The notes beneath the pieces were generated by a model that saw only the letters and a list, made by a program, of their open reading frames with translations, searched no databases and had not been told where the DNA came from. Positions 53,971-61,710 of a stretch of DNA of 64,000 nt are shown one piece after another (position 1 is the first letter of the stretch; each line of letters opens with the position of its first letter). The position numbers and the translations under genes are program-made. This DNA is from a virus. Taxonomy: Duplodnaviria > Heunggongvirae > Uroviricota > Caudoviricetes. Location of the stretch: IMG/VR virus record IMGVR_UViG_3300032315_000486; one strand, given 5' to 3'.

Positions 53971-54974
53971 GCTGGTATGAGTATGCGAGAGAACTGTTCA
54001 TAACACGATTTCCATGTCCAACGCGTAGAACTATCATAAGCATCCTGCCTGCTCAGTTTCATTGCTTCAACCACAGCTTCATGTAGATCATCACTTAAGT
54101 ACCCATTAACTCCTTGAGTTAATATGTCTATAGGCCCAGTAACAGGATATGCAGCTACAGGAGTTCCACAAGCCAGCGCCTCAATGTTTACAACTCCAAA
54201 TGTATCAGATCGAGAAGGAAATACGAACACTGATGCTCGTCTATACCAGTCACCAAGCTCGTGCCCTGTTCGCTTTCCAGCAAAAAGAACATCTGGATAC
54301 CGAGCCTTCAAAGCCTCCAGATATGGTCCATCACCTACTAGCACCTTTTGAGTGCCTGGAATGTCAAGACTGCAAAAGTCGTCCAGACCTTTTTCATGGC
54401 TCACACGGCTCACGCACAACACAATCTTAGTAGACCCAGCCTCTCCCGTGTATGGATAGAACGTGGCAGTATCAACTCCGCGTGTCCATGAGTGAACTGG
54501 CTGAGTGAATCCGTGACCGCGCAGCTCTCGAACCATTGATTCAGTTGTGGTTAAAACCGCAGTAGCATCACGATAAGCCCAACGCATCAGCCGCCAACCC
54601 CGCTCAACACTGATCCAAGGCCAACGAGCATTGACAAACTCAGGAAATTTGGTATGGCATGATGCTGAGAACGGGATGCGCAGTCTGCGACAAGTTCTAG
54701 CAAATGCAATTCCAAGTGGGCCTTCTAGAGTTGCAATGTGAATGTGATCCCAGCGTTGACGCTTGAGCAGTCTACGAATGTGCAGAGGATTTGGGATTCC
54801 TACCGTAACCTCAGGATACTGAGGAAGCGAGAACCGGACAGTACAGCGTCCAGGATGATAAACGTGTACCACATCTCCATGGTTTCTAGCTTCACGAACG
54901 AGGTTCGTTAGGGTTGTGACCACTCCATTAGTTTGCGGATGCCAAGCATCAGTTATCAGAAGTATTCGTGCCAT
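53964..54974 (-). CDS. glycosyltransferase family 4 (GT-B fold)
   Basis: MARILLITDAWHPQTNGV N-terminus; EX7E motif region FVFPSRSDTFGVVNIEALACGTPVAAYPV. Confidence 0.7.
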   Translation of the reverse strand: MARILLITDAWHPQTNGVVTTLTNLVREARNHGDVVHVYHPGRCTVRFSLPQYPEVTVGIPNPLHIRRLLKRQRWDHIHIATLEGPLGIAFARTCRRLRIPFSASCHTKFPEFVNARWPWISVERGWRLMRWAYRDATAVLTTTESMVRELRGHGFTQPVHSWTRGVDTATFYPYTGEAGSTKIVLCVSRVSHEKGLDDFCSLDIPGTQKVLVGDGPYLEALKARYPDVLFAGKRTGHELGDWYRRASVFVFPSRSDTFGVVNIEALACGTPVAAYPVTGPIDILTQGVNGYLSDDLHEAVVEAMKLSRQDAYDSSTRWTWKSCYEQFSRILIPAK

Positions 54975-55707
54975 CTAACCTAAACTCTATGATTTCAAAC
55001 CGACCGTCTGAGTGTTCTACAAGGGCAGTTGCGCTTTCAACCCAATCACCGCAATTCATGTATGCAACCCCATCAATCTGCTTGATCACAGCTGTGTGAA
55101 TGTGTCCGCAGATGATCCCGTCATAGCCTTCACGTTTGCAATATGCAGAAACGTGAGTTTCAAAGTGTGTGATGAATGATACAGCTTGTTTTGTAGTCTG
55201 TTTGAGCCAGTTGCTCAAACTCCAGTATTCTAGACCAAACCAACCTCTCACTCGGTTAAATTGAATGTTCGCGACGATGGCCGCGTTGTATGCCACATCA
55301 CCGATGTGCATCAGCCAACGTTTGTCAACCATCAGCGAGTCAAAGAAGTCTCCATGAATCACCAGCAGCCGCTGTCCGCTCACAGAGTGATAGTCACAAC
55401 GATCTACCAGACGGATGTTGCCAACTTCAATGTCGAATTGAGTGAACTTGCGAAACACCTCATCGTGGTTTCCGGTCGTGTATGTGACCTCAGTTCCTCT
55501 TTTCGCTGCGGTAAGGATACGACGTATCACATTCGCATGGCTTTGAGGAAACCACCACCGACGGCTAAGTTGCCAGCCGTCGACAATGTCTCCAACCAGA
55601 AACAGTCGATCGCATGTGTGCTGCTTTAGAAACGCACACAGCGCGTCTGCTTGACAACCGCGAGCTCCTAGGTGAATGTCCGATATGAAAATGCTGGTGT
55701 AATGCAT
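54949..55707 (-). CDS. LpxH-like calcineurin-type metallophosphoesterase
   Basis: FISDIHLG, LVGDIVDGW, TGNHDE; overall layout as UDP-2,3-diacylglucosamine hydrolase family. Confidence 0.65.
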   Translation of the reverse strand: MHYTSIFISDIHLGARGCQADALCAFLKQHTCDRLFLVGDIVDGWQLSRRWWFPQSHANVIRRILTAAKRGTEVTYTTGNHDEVFRKFTQFDIEVGNIRLVDRCDYHSVSGQRLLVIHGDFFDSLMVDKRWLMHIGDVAYNAAIVANIQFNRVRGWFGLEYWSLSNWLKQTTKQAVSFITHFETHVSAYCKREGYDGIICGHIHTAVIKQIDGVAYMNCGDWVESATALVEHSDGRFEIIEFRLDGTNTSDN

Positions 55708-56510
55708 TATGCGCTAAACACGACCCCAACATAATTTGCAGAGGCCTGGGAGGCTCCACCCCAGAAATATGTGGTGACCGGTTCACTAGCTTGGAACGCT
55801 GAGATACCATATCCACCAGTGGTAAGAGCAGGTCCTGGAGTGTCGCCGTCAAGACGAGCTCCCGGCTGGATTCCCCAAACTCCGTCATCACGAGAGAAGA
55901 ATGAGGTTGTATGATAACCGTTGGCAGTAGGATCTTGAGCCGATGAAAACTGAAATCCACTAGTTTCATTGCTGCCATCTAGGATGATGTCTCCAGTGTT
56001 AGATATGATGATCGGACGATATTGACGGAACAGTCCATCACCAGTTTGAGGTGAGAACATGGTGGCTGGTGTGGTAACAGGTCGAGCAGAAGGAACGACA
56101 GTTCCCCCAGAGTCTATCGTAGCGCCTGTCCAAGCCCAAACTAGGATCCCACGGAATTGAGTTCCATCCCAGAATGCCATAGCGCTCCAAGGTAATCCGC
56201 TAGCAGCAGCCGTCCCAGTTAGAGTTCCCAGATCACGAACCCCGAGAGGACCGCTAGCACGGTAACGGAAGTTACCTGCGCCAGGAATGGTCTGAACTCC
56301 TGTCATTGACTCACTCATGAGTGTGGGGACGGGAACTGCCCACGCTGAATATCCACGTAGCTCTACAGCTGTGACAGCCGCAGCCACGGCAGTGGCGTTG
56401 GCAGTGACCGAGGAGAGCGTTCTAGCCAGCGAACGTAGTTCGCCCAAAACTGTCCCACCTCCTCCAGGCACCCAAGAGTTAACTCCGAAGGTGTCGAAAG
56501 GTGATATCAT
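55707..56510 (-). CDS. Gly/Thr/Ala-rich protein (possible fibre/surface protein)
   Basis: 267 aa, low complexity. Confidence 0.45.
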   Translation of the reverse strand: MISPFDTFGVNSWVPGGGGTVLGELRSLARTLSSVTANATAVAAAVTAVELRGYSAWAVPVPTLMSESMTGVQTIPGAGNFRYRASGPLGVRDLGTLTGTAAASGLPWSAMAFWDGTQFRGILVWAWTGATIDSGGTVVPSARPVTTPATMFSPQTGDGLFRQYRPIIISNTGDIILDGSNETSGFQFSSAQDPTANGYHTTSFFSRDDGVWGIQPGARLDGDTPGPALTTGGYGISAFQASEPVTTYFWGGASQASANYVGVVFSA

Positions 56511-56749
56511 CCTAGAGTAACCTCACTTGGGAAGCTGGAACGAACCCAAACCACATTTCCACTAGCAGTTGGGAATATGTCAGTTAAAGCTCCGCGGTCT
56601 CCTTGGTTAGCCTCATAGACAAATCCGGCCGCAGGTGATACGTTAGTTCCTAGTCCTACGAAAACTGCACCCGATCCAGTGATCTGAAAAGCTACAGTTG
56701 AGTTGGCTGAGGCTACACGCCAGTCAGCATTTGTTGTAATTGTATACAT
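56507..56749 (-). CDS. small Gly/Ala/Val-rich beta-type protein
   Basis: 80 aa, aaaggagaaaatcgaATG RBS; first gene of minus operon. Confidence 0.45.
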   Translation of the reverse strand: MYTITTNADWRVASANSTVAFQITGSGAVFVGLGTNVSPAAGFVYEANQGDRGALTDIFPTASGNVVWVRSSFPSEVTLG

Positions 56750-56769
56750 TCGATTTTCTCCTTTGATTT

Positions 56770-56798
56770 AGAATACCACGGTCACCAGCTGAGGTCAA
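56770..56798 (-). promoter_or_regulatory. sigma70-like promoter of minus operon (TTGACC-N17-TATTCT)
   Basis: reverse complement of ggtcaa(56793-98)/agaata(56770-75). Confidence 0.5.
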
Positions 56799-56820
56799 GC
56801 ATAATCGTCTAAAAAGTGCA

Positions 56821-56833
56821 GCAACGGAGTTGC
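56821..56833. promoter_or_regulatory. operator-like palindrome GCAAC-gga-GTTGC (site O1)
   Basis: just upstream of the -35 of the minus-operon promoter; same family as O2-O5. Confidence 0.4.
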
Positions 56834-57247
56834 GCTGGGGGCAGGGCATTAAAGAATATTTTTAAAATGGTCGTCAACCATTGTTTTTGACAACTTTGCT
56901 ACTAGACTTTTTATTCATTTAGGTGTACGATTGAGAGGTAGACAAAAGAGCAGGGAGAACGAGATAGGCAATGGAATTGCCGTGCGTACTAAGATCACGC
57001 AGTGAAACGGCGGGGCCAGCAGCAGGCTACGAGCGTTAGCGAGCGCTGCTGACAGCATCACGAAGTGAATTAGTGGTGATCGAAGCGGATATTTGAGTCG
57101 TACTTACGTTTAAATCACTGTGTTAGATTGTTTAAACGTATTTTAACCTGTTTACGTCGTATTCTAGTTTATAGTATTATTATTCAGGCACATTCAGGCC
57201 TGCCAAGAATTGGCACAGGCGGCAAGTGATACTATCCCAGCCTGCGT

Positions 57248-57262
57248 TGCAACGTAGTTGCA
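57248..57262. promoter_or_regulatory. operator-like palindrome TGCAAC-gta-GTTGCA (O2)
   Basis: perfect 6-bp inverted repeat. Confidence 0.45.
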
Positions 57263-57306
57263 TTGGGTTGTACTGGCCTGCCATGAAATGGCTCGGGGTT
57301 GATTCC

Positions 57307-57332
57307 GTTGCATTGGTTGCAACGAAGTTGCA
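57307..57332. promoter_or_regulatory. overlapping palindromes CGTTGCA-ttggt-TGCAACG and TGCAAC-gaa-GTTGCA (O3)
   Basis: two dyads sharing the TGCAAC arm. Confidence 0.45.
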
Positions 57333-57368
57333 CTGGTGGTCCATGAAATGGCTCGGGGCCCTTACATC

Positions 57369-57385
57369 GTGCAAAGTATTTGCAC
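57369..57385. promoter_or_regulatory. operator-like palindrome GTGCAAA-gta-TTTGCAC (O4)
   Basis: perfect 7-bp inverted repeat. Confidence 0.45.
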
Positions 57386-57694
57386 TGGTGGGCCATGAAA
57401 TGGCTCGGGGTTTTTAGGTTTTCCTACTAGGATTCCGTCTATTTTTTAGACTCTCTTCGGATCCAGGACTCTGTCTAGTGATTATTTTTCAAATAAGAGA
57501 GATTTTAGTCTAGTAACGTATACTATCGGTAGCCGACCGCGCCAGAAATTCATAAAAACAGGTTGGTACCAGTGGTCTTGCCAAATAATCATTTAAAAAG
57601 TAGGATTCCTCAAAAATATTTCAAAAAACAACCGTTAATTGCTTGACCCCTGCCCGTCAGACCCGTGAAACTACGTTTCATACCGAATATGGCG

Positions 57695-57709
57695 TTGCAC
57701 GAAGTGCAA
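57695..57709. promoter_or_regulatory. operator-like palindrome TTGCAC-gaa-GTGCAA (O5)
   Basis: perfect 6-bp inverted repeat adjacent to terminator. Confidence 0.45.
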
Positions 57710-57745
57710 AAGGCCCCTAGGAGTGATCCTAGGGGCCTTTTTAGT
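57707..57745. terminator. bidirectional rho-independent terminator
   Basis: aaaa-ggcccctagga-gtga-tcctaggggcc-ttttt, 11-bp perfect stem. Confidence 0.75.
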
Positions 57746-57826
57746 ATGATTCGGTAGCCTGTGGCGTACCCAGGACCTTGTTTCAATCATTCACTAGTCA
57801 AAATCCTACCACACGCATCAAAATTC

Positions 57827-58158
57827 TACTTGCCGTTTGCCTACTGGTGCTTCGCACCCACCCACATCACGAAGTGATGCACCGTTGCAGGACTTTGAAA
57901 CGTAGTTTCGAATCGCACGAACCCCGCCACGCGCTTTGATTTTGTACTTGCCATTTGCCTACTGGTGCACGCACACACTTGCAATTAAACAGCAGCTGGA
58001 CCGAATCCCGCGTTTAAAATTTACTTTGTACTTGCCAAATGCCTACTGGCGCAGGGCCGCGCACACAGACTGACCGTCAACACGGACCTAATCGAAATTG
58101 CACTCGACGGCCGCATGGTCGAAAGTCTACTTTCTACTTGGCGCAAGCTGCGCTTGCC
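57827..58158 (+). repeat. iteron-like direct repeats TACTTGCCnTTTGCCTACTGGyGC (3 good copies + 1 degenerate)
   Basis: copies at 57827-57850, 57945-57968, 58029-58052, degenerate 58134-58158; spacing 118/84/105 bp. Confidence 0.55.
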
Positions 58159-58212
58159 AGCTATGCCTGCGGTTGCGGCGAAATCGCGTGGTGGTTGTGG
58201 TGGAAAAGATGA

Positions 58213-58270
58213 ATGAAATCAATTGCTTGGGAGGCCGGGCGCCCCGACTGTTAACCTGTTGAAATCCAAT
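58213..58270. repeat. cassette-boundary dyad element R1 (degenerate)
   Basis: aatcaattgcttgg...ggccgggcgccccg...ctgttaacctgttgaaatcc. Confidence 0.4.
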
Positions 58271-58509
58271 GGTTATTTTTCATTTGCATCAGTGCTGAGA
58301 ATCATGTATAACGTATGAGTAGGCAGTAAAGAGAAGCCTAGCCGATGCCGCGATAGACTGCACCGCTTACACTGTTCATGACAGGCGGCTTGCACGGATG
58401 ATACGGGTTGGTCAGATGAAGCGGGGTAGAGATGCGCATCCCCTGCCAATCGAATAGGCTTCTCCTTAGTGCCTACCAATAAACTCTTTGATTTCAGTAA
58501 CTTGGAATC

Positions 58510-58555
58510 AGAGGCGCCCCGCCCTGTATGTCCTTGAACATACAGGGTTTTTTAG
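58510..58555 (+). terminator. rho-independent terminator oriented for plus-strand transcription (R0)
   Basis: ggcgccccg then ccctgtatgt-ccttga-acatacaggg hairpin + tttttt. Confidence 0.7.
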
Positions 58556-58773
58556 TGCGCCTCGAATTGTGGGACTAAAGCCCATTCAACATTAGACAGC
58601 TCAGTCAACTCGCCATCTTCAATGCCGAGCATTTTCCAATTGCTGTAAGCGTCCCAGTCCTTTTTATCAATGGCCCCGCCTTCCCAGAGTTTACGGAATT
58701 CAGCATTGATTTGCGGAAGTGTGCCTTGTATAAAACAAGGCACTTCATCCTCCGTATAGATCAGCACATACAT
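58552..58773 (-). CDS. hypothetical acidic protein (73 aa)
   Basis: last gene of a tricistronic minus unit. Confidence 0.45.
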   Translation of the reverse strand: MYVLIYTEDEVPCFIQGTLPQINAEFRKLWEGGAIDKKDWDAYSNWKMLGIEDGELTELSNVEWALVPQFEAH

Positions 58774-58784
58774 TTTATTTCCTT

Positions 58785-59015
58785 TCAGAAAACAGATTGA
58801 GGATGGCCGAACAACACAACCAGAAGGTCATAGCCGTCGAGCAGATCAGCCAGAGCGGCAACGCGGTCAACCTCGTCCCATTCAGCGTATTCGACTTCGC
58901 CAGCGAGTGACACCCAAGCGGCACTGGTCATGAGATTGGGATCAACATCGGTTTCAACTTCGGTGAGCATATAATGGTCACCGCCATCACGCCAGACTAC
59001 AGTGTAGTTTTTCAT
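58785..59015 (-). CDS. hypothetical acidic protein (76 aa)
   Basis: ORF. Confidence 0.45.
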   Translation of the reverse strand: MKNYTVVWRDGGDHYMLTEVETDVDPNLMTSAAWVSLAGEVEYAEWDEVDRVAALADLLDGYDLLVVLFGHPQSVF

Positions 59016-59026
59016 GTCTTTTCCTT

Positions 59027-59149
59027 TCAGAGGATTGTGAGTGATTCGACAGTGGATTCATCTTCTGCCAAATGGTAACCAAAGTCAAGCAGAATTTGCA
59101 TAGTCAAATGATTCAGGTAGTCGATGTATTCTTCGTAGGTCAGGTCCAT
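59027..59149 (-). CDS. hypothetical small protein (40 aa)
   Basis: ATG 8 nt after ggaaaaacaaa RBS-like and correctly spaced from promoter Pm1. Confidence 0.3.
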   Translation of the reverse strand: MDLTYEEYIDYLNHLTMQILLDFGYHLAEDESTVESLTIL

Positions 59150-59172
59150 TTTGTTTTTCCTTTCGATGATTA

Positions 59173-59201
59173 TGTATAGGCTGATTCGTTACGCGTTGCA
59201 A
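59173..59201 (-). promoter_or_regulatory. cassette promoter Pm1 (TTGCAA-N17-TATACA, CGAATC in spacer)
   Basis: minus strand ttgcaacgcgtaacgaatcagcctataca. Confidence 0.55.
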
Positions 59202-59221
59202 GCCCTAAATTACTGCGTAAT

Positions 59222-59270
59222 ATCAATGAGTTACGACCCGGGGCGCCGGGGTGGTTAACCCCTTGTTATT
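59222..59270. repeat. cassette-boundary dyad element R2
   Basis: caatgagttacgacccggggcgccggggtggttaaccccttgttatt. Confidence 0.6.
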
Positions 59271-59466
59271 ATTCAGTTTCTTCCTCTGGGATGTCTTCAA
59301 CCTCGATTAGTTTCGCATCTAAATTATGCGAATCAAAGGTTTGCTCTTCCGAATCTTCCCAATCACCATTGCGGACCATAGCCCTAGCCTCTTCTTCTGA
59401 TTCGGCTTCAAGCCAGACTGTTTGCCGCCCGCTGAACGGCATTGAAAAGGTGTAAAGTTTGCTCAT
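59269..59466 (-). CDS. hypothetical acidic protein (65 aa)
   Basis: start MSKLYTF after gggagatcaaagc RBS; track ORF opens at 59505. Confidence 0.45.
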   Translation of the reverse strand: MSKLYTFSMPFSGRQTVWLEAESEEEARAMVRNGDWEDSEEQTFDSHNLDAKLIEVEDIPEEETE

Positions 59467-59546
59467 GCTTTGATCTCCCTGATCAGTTGTTTCAGGCGCG
59501 CCCAACGGCTACGCTTGGGCTTGCTCAGTCGAACTTTAATCCTCAT
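59463..59546 (-). CDS. 27-aa basic peptide (MRIKVRLSKPKRSRWARLKQLIREIKA), translationally coupled on both sides
   Basis: TAAAATG overlap with upstream stop and ATGA overlap with downstream start. Confidence 0.25.
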   Translation of the reverse strand: MRIKVRLSKPKRSRWARLKQLIREIKA

Positions 59547-59547
59547 T

Positions 59548-59775
59548 TTAGCAGCTCCCGATTTCAAGAATGTCAGAGTTAAATTGCGGTTGCAGAGTAT
59601 TTACCACATCTTCCCAAGTGGTAAATGATCCTCCAGCAGGATCACCATCACACCAAACACTATCATCAGATTCATCATCGCAGACAACGCTGAAATTAGA
59701 ATCCTCTTCCAAAGTGCCATAGCACTCCACGTCCCGACCTTGGTAGTGGACGATGTATACATGATTTGCTTCCAT
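59548..59775 (-). CDS. hypothetical Cys/Asp-rich protein (75 aa)
   Basis: aaaaggagaaacaaagATG RBS. Confidence 0.5.
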   Translation of the reverse strand: MEANHVYIVHYQGRDVECYGTLEEDSNFSVVCDDESDDSVWCDGDPAGGSFTTWEDVVNTLQPQFNSDILEIGSC

Positions 59776-59799
59776 CTTTGTTTCTCCTTTTGATGATTA

Positions 59800-59829
59800 A
59801 CTATAGCCCGAATCATGAGGACAGTGCAA
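59800..59829 (-). promoter_or_regulatory. cassette promoter Pm2 (TTGCAC-N18-TATAGT, GATTCG in spacer)
   Basis: minus strand ttgcactgtcctcatgattcgggctatagt. Confidence 0.5.
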
Positions 59830-59848
59830 GCACAAAGTTTCTGTGTGT

Positions 59849-59900
59849 TCTCAACGGGTTATGCTGCGGGGCGCCGGGGTGGTTAACCCCTTGTTATTAT
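59849..59900. repeat. cassette-boundary dyad element R3
   Basis: caacgggttatgctgcggggcgccggggtggttaaccccttgttatt. Confidence 0.55.
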
Positions 59901-60319
59901 AATTCTTCAACAGGTAGATATTCCCATTTAAAAGACCTAGAACCAGAAATTTCTAGCAGAGGAGATTCTGTCTTTTTATTGTATTTCAGAAAAGACTTGA
60001 CCTCCTTGAGCACGTGTTTGGCTTGTAGGAAAGTAATTGCAAAAACCTCAGTTTGCCCGCTATTCATTTTAAACCCTTGGCCGGTCTTAGGGTCTTGAAA
60101 GTTACCTGATACAACCACCTCGTATGCTTTGCCGCCTTTCTTTTCTGCAAGCATATGTGCAAGCACTTCAGCATCGGAATCTTCAATCTCAATGCTAGCC
60201 ATGCGAATGCGATCAGACTTTAGAAACCCGATTTGTTTTGCTCGGGACGTAACACTTCCGCGAGTTACACCGATTTTGGTAATTCCAAAACCTTCGTAAG
60301 TGACAGCATAGAGTTTCAT
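59897..60319 (-). CDS. GIY-YIG/T5orf172-like domain protein candidate (140 aa)
   Basis: start MKLYAVTYEGFGITKIGVT (..LY....G..KIGvT); promoter-consistent ATG at 60319 rather than 60373. Confidence 0.4.
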   Translation of the reverse strand: MKLYAVTYEGFGITKIGVTRGSVTSRAKQIGFLKSDRIRMASIEIEDSDAEVLAHMLAEKKGGKAYEVVVSGNFQDPKTGQGFKMNSGQTEVFAITFLQAKHVLKEVKSFLKYNKKTESPLLEISGSRSFKWEYLPVEEL

Positions 60320-60344
60320 GGTTGCTTCCTTTTCTGTTACCTTG

Positions 60345-60373
60345 TTTATAGCTGCTAAACTATAAGTCGTCAA
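60345..60373 (-). promoter_or_regulatory. cassette promoter Pm3 (TTGACG-N17-TATAAA)
   Basis: minus strand ttgacgacttatagtttagcagctataaa. Confidence 0.5.
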
Positions 60374-60393
60374 TATCGTTTAAAGACGATAGA

Positions 60394-60446
60394 AATCAAT
60401 GAGTTAGCTGCCCGGCCGCCCCACCCGCTAACCTGTTGAAATCATT
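60394..60446. repeat. cassette-boundary dyad element R4
   Basis: aatcaatgagttagctgcccggccgccccacccgctaacctgttgaaatcatt. Confidence 0.6.
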
Positions 60447-60471
60447 ACACATTTTCCGTGTCTTTCGTGCA

Positions 60472-60504
60472 ACAAAAAAGCCCCCGCATTGCTGCGAGGG
60501 CTTT
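60472..60504 (-). terminator. rho-independent terminator (minus orientation)
   Basis: minus strand gccctcgcagcaatgcgggggc + ttttttgtt. Confidence 0.55.
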
Positions 60505-60646
60505 AAGCGTGCATACTGTCTAGCACGATCAACCGGCGGGTGACGCAACCGACACGGATTTGTTTTGACCATTTAACGTCGGGTCTGGAGTCTTATCTGA
60601 ACCGAGACGATAGTTGGGTGTGACATTTCTGCCACACCCGTTAGGC

Positions 60647-60973
60647 TCAGGCGGCTTTCACCGCCTGCGCCAGAGCGATCACAGAGGCGATTGCCTCTTT
60701 AGTCGCACCCAGCAAACCGTCAACGGGAAAATCGACCAGCGACTCCAGTTCGTTGAGCAGTTCCTTTTTGGTCGGGCCTTCGACCTTGGCAGCCTTCGGA
60801 GCCTTCGGCTCGGCCACATAGGCACCCTCGCGGACCAGCTTGGACCGGACGGACCGGACAGGCTTGCCCAAGGTTTCGGCAATCTTTTCGATGCCGTCAT
60901 TGCCCAACTCGGCATACATCTGCAACATTTGCTCGACCATCGACTCGGTGTAGTTCACTTTTGCTTCAGCCAT
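60647..60973 (-). CDS. small conserved protein, paralog family A (GC-rich copy 1)
   Basis: MAEAKVNYTESMVEQMLQMYAELGNDGIEKIAETLGKPVRSVRSKLVREGAYV...KKELLNELESLVDF; start chosen from ggagaaaatcATG. Confidence 0.55.
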   Translation of the reverse strand: MAEAKVNYTESMVEQMLQMYAELGNDGIEKIAETLGKPVRSVRSKLVREGAYVAEPKAPKAAKVEGPTKKELLNELESLVDFPVDGLLGATKEAIASVIALAQAVKAA

Positions 60974-61004
60974 GATTTTCTCCTCAGATGGGCTGTTTCG
61001 CTTT

Positions 61005-61033
61005 CCGTTCAATATATATAGACGATTCGCGGG
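61005..61033 (-). promoter_or_regulatory. cassette promoter Pm4 (TTGCTG-N17-TATATA, CGAATC in spacer)
   Basis: minus strand ttgctgcctgcccgcgaatcgtctatata. Confidence 0.5.
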
Positions 61034-61103
61034 CAGGCAGCAAGAGTAATTTTTCGCTTGACACGCACAAAATGGGGTCTTGAAGTGACTAAATTATGCA
61101 ATG

Positions 61104-61162
61104 AAATCAATGGGTTAGCCGCCGGGGCGCCGCCCCAGCTATCTCATTGAAATAGCTGGGTT
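61104..61162. repeat. cassette-boundary dyad element R5
   Basis: aatcaatgggttagccgccggggcgccgccccagctatctcattgaaatagctgggtttttt. Confidence 0.6.
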
Positions 61163-61167
61163 TTTTG

Positions 61168-61371
61168 TTACAGTTCGTCAACGAGAGTTTCGTCGTCACC
61201 CTCCCAAGCGGCGTTCATCAGACACGAGTCTGCGCCTTCTTCTGGAGTCATGCCGCACTCATAGGAGTCACGGCTAAGCCAGTCGGGCAGCATCATACTG
61301 TCAAGCCCGCCAGTCCGCTTGACGAGAATGCGATCAACCTGCGTCATCCATTCTTCATAGGTTATAGTCAT
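61168..61371 (-). CDS. hypothetical acidic protein (67 aa)
   Basis: ggagg RBS; ATGA overlap with upstream gene. Confidence 0.45.
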   Translation of the reverse strand: MTITYEEWMTQVDRILVKRTGGLDSMMLPDWLSRDSYECGMTPEEGADSCLMNAAWEGDDETLVDEL

Positions 61372-61559
61372 TCAAAGTGTCCTCCAAATCGAGTGTGGCC
61401 GATAGCTACAGGAATTTCGTGCGTGGGATATCCATCAGCTTTGAGTTGTGAAGCCAGGGTTTCATCAGAACGAGTCAAGCCTTTCGGCCATGTTTTGGGA
61501 AATCCATACCGCCAGCCGCTTGGCGGGTCATACCAGTCAGGGACGAAAACTTTAGTCAT
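61368..61559 (-). CDS. hypothetical protein (63 aa)
   Basis: start MTKVFVPDWYD after caggaggttgct RBS; track ORF opens at 61634. Confidence 0.45.
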   Translation of the reverse strand: MTKVFVPDWYDPPSGWRYGFPKTWPKGLTRSDETLASQLKADGYPTHEIPVAIGHTRFGGHFE

Positions 61560-61580
61560 AGCAACCTCCTGTGATGATCG

Positions 61581-61609
61581 TATATAACGTGATTCGTTAG
61601 TGCGGACAA
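61581..61609 (-). promoter_or_regulatory. cassette promoter Pm5 (TTGTCC-N17-TATATA, CGAATC in spacer)
   Basis: minus strand ttgtccgcactaacgaatcacgttatata. Confidence 0.5.
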
Positions 61610-61628
61610 TAGGCAAATTTGTGTGCGT

Positions 61629-61680
61629 TATCAATGAGTTAGAATCGGCAGCGCCCCGCCCGCTAAGTGCTTGATTTAGT
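61629..61680. repeat. cassette-boundary dyad element R6
   Basis: atcaatgagttagaatcggcagcgccccgcccgctaagtgcttgatttag. Confidence 0.55.
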
Positions 61681-61710
61681 TGAGAAAAATGAGGGGCCGA
61701 AGCCCCTCAC

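Larger units (their letters stand above)
57240..57416 (+). repeat. three tandem ~60-bp repeat units, each with palindrome TGCAAC-N3-GTTGCA then CCATgaaATGG then CTCGGGG
   Basis: units start ~57245, ~57305, ~57366. Confidence 0.7.

Noticed and set aside
57240-57416. Possible CRISPR array (regularly spaced ~60-bp repeats)
   Set aside because: Only three units, and the repeats are imperfect. The inter-repeat sequence is itself conserved rather than unique spacers. No cas genes are present. The repeats are better explained as operator/iteron repeats.
57180-57417. ORFs 57180-57374(-) and 57226-57417(+) in the control region
   Set aside because: They are composed of the tandem palindromic repeats, giving repeat-derived translations (WLG..KWLG...). 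There is no RBS.
60614-61021. Plus-strand ORFs in the GC-rich block (60614-61021, 61165-61587, 61888-62532, 62776-63165, 63104-63526)
   Set aside because: They run antisense to minus-strand genes that have matching promoters, RBSs and paralogy support. High GC content generates long spurious open frames.
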